The notes beneath the pieces were generated by a model. It was not told the origin of the DNA and made no database searches. It saw only the letters and a program-made list of their open reading frames with translations. A program made the position numbers and the translations under genes. From Gammaproteobacteria bacterium (GTDB lineage: Bacteria; Pseudomonadota; Gammaproteobacteria; SMWH01): a stretch of 25,558 nt of DNA. The DNA lies in contig SMWH01000028.1 of the NCBI GenBank assembly GCA_004357005.1, positions 1 through 25,558 on the forward strand, in the 5' to 3' direction. Positions 18,837-25,558 of this stretch are shown in pieces (position 1 is the first letter of the stretch; each line of letters opens with the position of its first letter).

Positions 18837-21302
18837 ATGACACCTTTATTCTGGATTCTGTCCTTTTTGCTCATCATCTTCCTGGCGCTTTATTTCCGCG
18901 TCCAGTTGTGGGCCACCGCCCTGGCGATCGTCGCACTGCTGGCAGGTTGGACATGGCTCGCGCAACCCGGTGCGGCGGCGCTCACCCTCGCCTGGGGCGC
19001 GTTTGCGCTACTCACGGTCCCTATCGCGGTGGTACCGATTCGTCGCGCCCTCTTTAGCCGCAGGATTTTCGCGTGGTTCCGCAGTGTTGTCCCGTCCATC
19101 TCGGATACGGAACGTGAAGCGCTCGATGCCGGCACTGTCTGGTGGGACGCTGAACTGTTCACCGGCAAACCCGACTGGAAAATGTTGCTGTCCACACCCG
19201 CCCCGCATCTGAGTGATGAAGAACGGGCTTTTCTTGATGGTCCGGTCGACGAACTCTGCGACATGCTCGACAACTGGGAGATCACCCACGAGCTGAAGGA
19301 CCTGCCACCTGCAGCCTGGGAATTCATCAAGACAAACGGTTTCTTCGGCATGATCATTCCGAAGGAATACGGTGGTCTCGGTTTTTCCGCCCAGGCCCAG
19401 TCCGAAGTGGTCATGAAAATTTCGAGTCGCAGCGTGACCGCGGCTGTGACTGTCATGGTGCCCAACTCCCTGGGCCCCGGCGAGTTGCTGATGCATTACG
19501 GAACAGAAGCTCAGAAGAACCACTATCTGCCACGCCTGGCGCGGGGCCAGGATGTTCCCTGCTTCGCACTGACGTCCCCCACGGCCGGCTCTGATGCCGG
19601 CGCCATCCCCGACACGGGCGTGATCTGCAAGGGCAAGTACAAAGGCAAAGAAGTCCTGGGCCTGCGGCTGAACTGGGACAAGCGCTATATCACCCTCGCC
19701 CCGGTAGCGACGGTGCTGGGCCTCGCCTTCAAGGCGGAGGACCCGGATCACCTGCTCGGTGATGAAGAAAGTCTCGGCATCACCTGCGCGCTTATTCCTG
19801 TTGACACGCCGGGCATCACCATCGGTAACCGTCATCTCCCGGTCGGGGCCGCGTTCATGAACGGCCCCACCCAGGGCAAGGATGTGTTCATCCCGCTCGA
19901 CTACGTCATCGGCGGACCGGACTGGATCGGCAAGGGGTGGCGCATGCTCATGCAGAGCCTCGCGGTAGGCAGATCCATTTCCCTGCCGGCGCTGAGCACG
20001 GCTTCAGGCAAGATGGCCAGCCTCGCGACTGGCGCTTACGCACGTATCCGCAAACAATTCAAAATCCCCATCGGTTATTTCGAGGGAGTCGAAGAGGCGC
20101 TGACCAGGATCGCCGGTTACAGCTACCGGATGGATGCGTCCAGACTGCTGACCCTTGTCGCGATTGATGAGGGACAGAAACCTGCGGTACTGGGCGCCAT
20201 TCTCAAATACCACACCACGGAAACCATGCGCCACATCGTGGCGGACTCCATGGACATACACGGTGGCAAGGGCATCATCCGCGGGCCGCGAAACTATCTG
20301 GCACATGCCTATCAGACCATCCCCATCAGCATCACCGTGGAAGGCGCAAACATTCTGACCCGGAGCATGATTATCTTCGGCCAGGGCGCCATCCGGTGTC
20401 ACCCCTATATCCTCCGTGAGATGCGCTCGGTGGATAACCCCGATCCACGGGAGGGGCTCAGGGATTTCGATAGGGCTTTCTGGGCTCACATCGGTTTTAC
20501 CATGAGCAATGCCTTCCGGGCCTTCGTTCTCGCCATCACCGCGGGACGTCTGCTGCGCTCGCCGGTAAACGGGCCGACCGCCCGCTACTACAAGCAGGTC
20601 ACGCGCATGAGCGCCGCGTTCGCCTTCGTGGCGGATGTCACCATGCTGATGCTGGGCGGCAAGCTGAAGTTCAAGGAAAAACTCTCGGGCCGGCTCGGCG
20701 ACATCCTGAGCCATCTGTACATGGTGTCAGCCATGCTCAAACGTTTCCAGGATCAGGGTCAGCCCGAGGAGGACCTGCCCTTGCTGCACTGGGCCTGCAT
20801 CGACAGCCTCGTCCAGGTGCAGGAGAGCCTGTACGACGTATTCCGCAACTTTCCCTCCCCGGCCGTGGGCTTGTTCCTGCGCGGGATGACGCTGCCTTTC
20901 GGACGTCCGTACAAAAAACCCAATGACGGACTGGGCAAGGCCGTGGCGCGCCTGATTCTCTCGGACACCGGTGCGCGTTCCCGTCTGACCCAGGGCGTGT
21001 TCGAATGCCGCGACCCCGATGACGCCGTGGGTGCTGTGCTGGATGCCTTCGACAAGGTACTGGCCGCCAGCGACGCGGAAGACAAGCTTCGCAAGGCGCT
21101 GGGCATCGGCGTGGACCCGAACACTTACAAAGATCTGGTCACCCGGGGTCTGGCTGATGGCGTCATCACGACAACCGAAGCCCGCCTGGTCCGGGAAGCC
21201 CAGGAGGCCTCGCTGCGTGTCATCGCGGTGGATGACTTCCCGCGGGAATACGTCGAACCCGGGTACACGGCAAACGAAGCCAAAGTCGCCAGGGCTGGCT
21301 AA
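18837..21302 (+). CDS. fadE: Membrane-anchored acyl-CoA dehydrogenase FadE, 821 aa
   Basis: N-terminal TM helices, PSISDTEREALDAGTVWWDAELF, MVPNSLGPGELL, CFALTSPTAGSDAG, NWDKRYITLAP, ITVEGANILTRS, KEKLSGRLGD. GGAG ribosome-binding site. Confidence 0.96.
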   Translation: MTPLFWILSFLLIIFLALYFRVQLWATALAIVALLAGWTWLAQPGAAALTLAWGAFALLTVPIAVVPIRRALFSRRIFAWFRSVVPSISDTEREALDAGTVWWDAELFTGKPDWKMLLSTPAPHLSDEERAFLDGPVDELCDMLDNWEITHELKDLPPAAWEFIKTNGFFGMIIPKEYGGLGFSAQAQSEVVMKISSRSVTAAVTVMVPNSLGPGELLMHYGTEAQKNHYLPRLARGQDVPCFALTSPTAGSDAGAIPDTGVICKGKYKGKEVLGLRLNWDKRYITLAPVATVLGLAFKAEDPDHLLGDEESLGITCALIPVDTPGITIGNRHLPVGAAFMNGPTQGKDVFIPLDYVIGGPDWIGKGWRMLMQSLAVGRSISLPALSTASGKMASLATGAYARIRKQFKIPIGYFEGVEEALTRIAGYSYRMDASRLLTLVAIDEGQKPAVLGAILKYHTTETMRHIVADSMDIHGGKGIIRGPRNYLAHAYQTIPISITVEGANILTRSMIIFGQGAIRCHPYILREMRSVDNPDPREGLRDFDRAFWAHIGFTMSNAFRAFVLAITAGRLLRSPVNGPTARYYKQVTRMSAAFAFVADVTMLMLGGKLKFKEKLSGRLGDILSHLYMVSAMLKRFQDQGQPEEDLPLLHWACIDSLVQVQESLYDVFRNFPSPAVGLFLRGMTLPFGRPYKKPNDGLGKAVARLILSDTGARSRLTQGVFECRDPDDAVGAVLDAFDKVLAASDAEDKLRKALGIGVDPNTYKDLVTRGLADGVITTTEARLVREAQEASLRVIAVDDFPREYVEPGYTANEAKVARAG

Positions 21303-21312
21303 GACGCTCCTG

Positions 21313-21349
21313 GTTTGTGCCGGGGCCCGTCATGGGTCCGGGCACAAAC
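21313..21349 (+). other. Strong intergenic stem-loop between fadE and fadN
   Basis: GTTTGTGCC (21313-21321) pairs with GGCACAAAC (21341-21349), extended after a G-G mismatch by GGGCCC/GGGTCC around a GTCAT loop. Followed by an A8 run and AGGA rather than a U tract. Confidence 0.7.
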
Positions 21350-21370
21350 TGTTAAAAAAAAGGAACTCCA

Positions 21371-23764
21371 ATGTCCGCGAACAAGGATAAAAACGGAAAT
21401 TTCATCGTGCGCAAGGCGGCGGTTCTCGGGGCCGGCGTGATGGGTGCGCAGATCGCCGCGCAGCTGGTCAGTGCCGGGATCCCTACCGTGTTGTTCGATC
21501 TTCAAAGCAAGGAAGGCGACCCGCGCGCCCTGGTTAAAAAGGCGATCGAGGGCTTGCACAAGCTGCGCCCGAGCCCGCTGGCGGTCTCGCAGGTGGCGGA
21601 TCGCATACAGCCTGCGGACTACGAAGACGACCTCGAGTTACTCCGCGACTGTGACCTCATCATCGAAGCCATCGCAGAGCGCATGGACTGGAAGAAGGAT
21701 CTTTACCTGAAAGTCGGTGCATATGTGGACGACGGCGCGATCTTCGCCAGCAATACCTCGGGGCTAAGCATCAACGAACTGGCGAACGCTCTGCCCACGG
21801 ATTCGCTGAGATCACGTTTTTGCGGCGTGCACTTCTTCAACCCGCCGCGCTACATGCACCTCGTGGAATTGGTGCCCAACGATGCGACCGACCCGGCCAT
21901 CCTCAACAACCTGGAGGCTTTCCTGACCACCACCCTGGGCAAGGGTGTCATACACGCCAAGGATACGCCCAATTTCATTGGCAACCGGATCGGCGTGTTC
22001 TCCATGCTCGCCACGATTCATCACGCACAGGCTTTCGGTCTGGGTTTCGATGTGGTGGACGCGCTGACCGGTCCGGCCATCGGTCGGCCCAAGAGTGCCA
22101 CCTTCCGAACTGCAGACATCGTTGGTCTCGATACATTTGATCATGTGGTCCAGACCATGGCGGACACCCTGCCGGACGATCCCTGGCATAAATATTTCGT
22201 CACACCCGACTGGCTGAAGCAGCTCATTGAAAAAGGCGCGCTGGGTCAGAAAACCAGAGTTGGTATTTACAAAAAAGAAGGCAAACATATCCGGGTTCTG
22301 GACCTGAAGACCGGCGAATACCGACCTTCCGAGGCCTCAGTCGACGACTCTGTCGCCGGCATCCTCAGGGAAAAGGACCCGGCGGCGCGTTTCAGGCTGT
22401 TGCGGGAAAACGATCACCCACAGGCACAGTTTCTCTGGGCCATGTTCCGGGATCTTTTCCATTACAGCGCGTATCAACTGGCCGACATCGCGGACAACGC
22501 CCGGGATCTGGATTTCGCCATTCGCTGGGGCTATGGGTGGCAGCTCGGACCCTTCGAAACCTGGCAGGCCTCGGGGTGGGCACAGATTGCGAAATGGATA
22601 GGCCAAGACGTGACAGCCGCAAAAGCGATGGCCGCCGTGTCGCTGCCCGACTGGGCTTCAGATCCGAAGCGCGAGGGCGTGCACACCCCGGCGGGTTCCT
22701 GGGCGCCTTCCATCGCTGGTTACCGGCCACGGTCAGATCTCGCCGTGTACCGCAGACAATTGTTTCCGGACCCGCTGCTGGGTGAAAAATTCGACCGGGG
22801 CACAACCGTCTTCGAGAACGACGAAGTACGTTTGTGGCACCAAGACGACGACATCGTCATCCTCAGCTTCAAGACCAAGATGCACACGGTGGGCGCCAGT
22901 GTACTCGACGGTATCCAGAACGCGGTTCAACAAGCCGAACAGAACTTCAAGGCGCTGGTCATCTGGCACCCCACACCTCCCTTCAGCGCCGGCGCCGATC
23001 TGAAGGGCATGATTACCCTGTTGGAGGCCGGAGAGATCGCCGCCGTGGACGACATGATTGCTGACTTCCAGCGCGCGACTGCGAGTCTCAAGTTCTCCAT
23101 GGTGCCCACGGTAGCCGCCATCCAGGGGCTGACCCTCGGCGGCGGTTGTGAGATTGCCATGCACACCACGAAAACCGTGGCCGCACTGGAGACCTACATC
23201 GGTCTGGTGGAAGCGGGTGTGGGTTTGCTCCCCGCCGGGGGCGGCCTGAAGGAACTGGCTTTGCGCGCCTGGCTTGAGGCCAAGGGTGGCGACGTCTTCC
23301 CCTTCTTGCGCCGTTATTTCGAGACCGTGGCCATGGGCAAAATGGCCGGAAGCGCTCTGGAAGCAAAGGAATACGGCTTTCTCCGCCCCACCGACACGGT
23401 AATTTTTAATGCCTTTGAACTGCTTTATGTGGCCAAAGCCGAAGCGTCCGCGCTGGCGGACAGCGCTTACCGGCCGCCGCTTCCCACGGAAAATATCGAG
23501 GTCGTCGGCGCCACGGGGATTGCCAACCTGCGAATGATGATGGTCAACATGCTCGCGGGCCATTTTATTTCCGAACATGATTATGAGGTCGGCTCCCGCA
23601 TCGCAGCGGTTCTGTGTGGCGGCGAACTGGATCATGACAGCCACGTGGATGAAAACTGGTTGTTGCGGCTGGAGCGCGACAACTTTTCAGCACTGGCGCA
23701 GATGCCGAAAACCCAGGAGCGCATCATGCACACCCTCAAGACCGGCAAACCTTTGCGTAACTGA
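21371..23764 (+). CDS. fadN: 3-hydroxyacyl-CoA dehydrogenase / enoyl-CoA hydratase fusion (FadN-type order: HAD domain first), 797 aa
   Basis: AAVLGAGVMGAQIA (Rossmann), EAIAE, ASNTSG, HFFNPPRYMHLVE, FIGNRIG, then the crotonase domain GGGCE...LVEAGVGLLPAGGG. Confidence 0.92.
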   Translation: MSANKDKNGNFIVRKAAVLGAGVMGAQIAAQLVSAGIPTVLFDLQSKEGDPRALVKKAIEGLHKLRPSPLAVSQVADRIQPADYEDDLELLRDCDLIIEAIAERMDWKKDLYLKVGAYVDDGAIFASNTSGLSINELANALPTDSLRSRFCGVHFFNPPRYMHLVELVPNDATDPAILNNLEAFLTTTLGKGVIHAKDTPNFIGNRIGVFSMLATIHHAQAFGLGFDVVDALTGPAIGRPKSATFRTADIVGLDTFDHVVQTMADTLPDDPWHKYFVTPDWLKQLIEKGALGQKTRVGIYKKEGKHIRVLDLKTGEYRPSEASVDDSVAGILREKDPAARFRLLRENDHPQAQFLWAMFRDLFHYSAYQLADIADNARDLDFAIRWGYGWQLGPFETWQASGWAQIAKWIGQDVTAAKAMAAVSLPDWASDPKREGVHTPAGSWAPSIAGYRPRSDLAVYRRQLFPDPLLGEKFDRGTTVFENDEVRLWHQDDDIVILSFKTKMHTVGASVLDGIQNAVQQAEQNFKALVIWHPTPPFSAGADLKGMITLLEAGEIAAVDDMIADFQRATASLKFSMVPTVAAIQGLTLGGGCEIAMHTTKTVAALETYIGLVEAGVGLLPAGGGLKELALRAWLEAKGGDVFPFLRRYFETVAMGKMAGSALEAKEYGFLRPTDTVIFNAFELLYVAKAEASALADSAYRPPLPTENIEVVGATGIANLRMMMVNMLAGHFISEHDYEVGSRIAAVLCGGELDHDSHVDENWLLRLERDNFSALAQMPKTQERIMHTLKTGKPLRN

Positions 23765-23802
23765 GGTCCGCAACTGAAGGGTGACTGAAGGCAACTGACA
23801 GG
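23758..23802 (+). repeat. Four imperfect tandem ACTGA-core units in the fadN-fadA gap
   Basis: AACTGAGG / CAACTGAAGG / TGACTGAAGG / CAACTGACAGG; ACTGA cores begin at 23760, 23773, 23784 and 23794. Confidence 0.7.
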
Positions 23803-23812
23803 AAGCCGAACA

Positions 23813-25009
23813 ATGAGCAAACAGATCACAGACGCCTATATCGTCGCAGCGAAACGCACGCCCGTCGGCAAAGCGCCGCGCGGCGCTTTCCGGCACACCC
23901 GGCCTGACGACCTGCTGGCCCACGCACTTAATGCGGCCATGGACGAGGTACCGGCCCTCGACAAGGGTGACGTGCAGGACATCATCGTGGGAAATGCCAT
24001 GCCCGAGGCGGAACAGGGCATGAATGTGGCCCGCATAGGACTGCTGCTGGCTGGTTTTCCCGATCGCGTACCGGGCATGACCATCAACCGCTTCTGTTCA
24101 TCGGGAACACAGGCAGTGGCGCTGGCGGCGGATCGCATTCGGCTGGGAGAGGCTGACATCATGATCGGTGCCGGCACTGAAAGCATGAGCATGATTCCCA
24201 TGATGGGCCACCGGGTAGCCATGAACCCGCGGATATTCAGCGACGACAACCTGGCCATCGCCTACGGAATGGGCATCACCGCCGAAAAGGTCGCCCGGCA
24301 GTGGGACGTGTCCCGGGAGGACCAGGACGCCTTTGCCTATACCAGTCATCAGCGGGCGCTGGCGGCACAGGATGCCGGTGAATTCGATGATGAAATCACC
24401 GGCTTCGAGGTGATCCATCGTCACCCGGATCTCCAGACTGACAAGGTCCACGAGCAGGTCGTGGACATGGTAGAGGACGAGGGCCCGCGTTTCGACACCA
24501 GCCCCGAAGCGCTGGCCAGGCTACGCCCGGTTTTCGATTCCGAGGGCACCGTCACCGCGGGTAACTCTTCGCAGATGAGTGATGGCGCCGCAGCCGTCGT
24601 ACTGGTGAGCGAGAAAGTGCTCAAGTCGAAAAACCTGGAGCCCCTCGCCCGCTTCTTGAGTTTCTCCGTGGTGGGTGTTCCGCCGGAAATCATGGGTATC
24701 GGACCCAAAGAAGCGATTCCGCTCGCCCTGAATCAGGCCGGTCTCAAACAGGACGACATGGACTGGATCGAACTCAACGAGGCTTTCGCGGCCCAGTCGC
24801 TGGCGGTGATCAAGGACCTGGGACTGGATCCGGAACGTGTGAATCCGCTCGGTGGAGCCATCGCGTTGGGGCATCCCCTGGGCGCCACCGGGGCGATCCG
24901 CGTCGCCACCCTGATCCACGGTCTCCGCCGACGCAAACAGAAGTACGGCATGGTCACCATGTGCGTGGGTACGGGAATGGGCGCGGCCGGAATTTTCGAG
25001 TCCTGCTAG
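23813..25009 (+). CDS. fadA: Acetyl-CoA C-acyltransferase (3-ketoacyl-CoA thiolase), 398 aa
   Basis: RFCSSG (active Cys), TAGNSSQMSDGAA, NEAF, GGAIALGHPLGATG, MCVGTGMG. Confidence 0.96.
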   Translation: MSKQITDAYIVAAKRTPVGKAPRGAFRHTRPDDLLAHALNAAMDEVPALDKGDVQDIIVGNAMPEAEQGMNVARIGLLLAGFPDRVPGMTINRFCSSGTQAVALAADRIRLGEADIMIGAGTESMSMIPMMGHRVAMNPRIFSDDNLAIAYGMGITAEKVARQWDVSREDQDAFAYTSHQRALAAQDAGEFDDEITGFEVIHRHPDLQTDKVHEQVVDMVEDEGPRFDTSPEALARLRPVFDSEGTVTAGNSSQMSDGAAAVVLVSEKVLKSKNLEPLARFLSFSVVGVPPEIMGIGPKEAIPLALNQAGLKQDDMDWIELNEAFAAQSLAVIKDLGLDPERVNPLGGAIALGHPLGATGAIRVATLIHGLRRRKQKYGMVTMCVGTGMGAAGIFESC

Positions 25010-25067
25010 AACGACTCCTTTTCAATGGTTTTTCAATGCTGTCAGACACCTTGAAAAGACCGACTCT

Positions 25068-25558
25068 TCAGCCGCCCATTTGCTGCGGCACAAAGCTCTC
25101 CAGGACTGCCTTGGCCAGCAGTTCCGGTGGCAGCAGACCCTGGGCCAGAATAAAATCATGGAAGGCCTGTCGGTTGAACTTGTCGCCCAGCGCGATTTCC
25201 GTCTTGGCACGAAGCTCCATCAGCTTGGAGTAACCGTAAAAGTAAGCCGTCGCCTGTCCCGGGATGCGGAAGGTGTAACGCTCTCTTTCCGAAGTTGCCG
25301 CTGCCTTTGAGAGCATGACCTCTTTTTCCAGGAAGGCCTGAACCTCATCCGGTGTCATCTCGCCCAGGTTCACCATGGGATCCAGAAACGCGCGGGCGGC
25401 ACGCAACATGCGTGACTGGAGCCCGATCAACTGCCCGTCCAGTGGGAAGTAGGGCTTCATCTCCGCCTCGGCGTACAGGGCCCAGCCTTCCACATTCACG
25501 CTGTTGAAGGCGAATACGGCGCGCGCAGTGGAAACACCGGTTTCGAGCATCGTGGAGA
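25068..25558 (-). CDS. DUF885 family protein, C-terminal part (5' end beyond window)
   Basis: EGWALYAE, RAARAFLD, ERYTFRIPGQATAYFYG, LGDKFNRQAFHDFILAQGLLP are typical of the DUF885 C-terminus. The frame stays open to the window edge. Confidence 0.85.
   Translation of the reverse strand, partial: STMLETGVSTARAVFAFNSVNVEGWALYAEAEMKPYFPLDGQLIGLQSRMLRAARAFLDPMVNLGEMTPDEVQAFLEKEVMLSKAAATSERERYTFRIPGQATAYFYGYSKLMELRAKTEIALGDKFNRQAFHDFILAQGLLPPELLAKAVLESFVPQQMGG

Overview
GC-rich gammaproteobacterial core-genome window with no mobile elements, RNA genes or CRISPR arrays that I can see. Left to right: a 3'-truncated large NAD-specific glutamate dehydrogenase (1-3743, minus strand; missing from the ORF track because it runs off the edge) directly downstream of a short-chain-type acyl-CoA dehydrogenase; a divergent, full-length B12-dependent metH; and the conserved ndk-rlmN-pilW-rodZ-hisS-yfgM-bamB-der operon (minus strand), which lacks ispG and carries an added PLP-dependent Ser/Thr dehydratase overlapping the metH 3' end. 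Then comes a divergent psrA-like TetR-fadE-fadN-fadA beta-oxidation operon with a PsrA-type operator, and a convergent, 5'-truncated DUF885 gene. I found no convincing novel system. The most useful observations are the missing ispG, the appended dehydratase and its convergent overlap, near-identical DNA for the two Der P-loops, and several intergenic repeats and hairpins.
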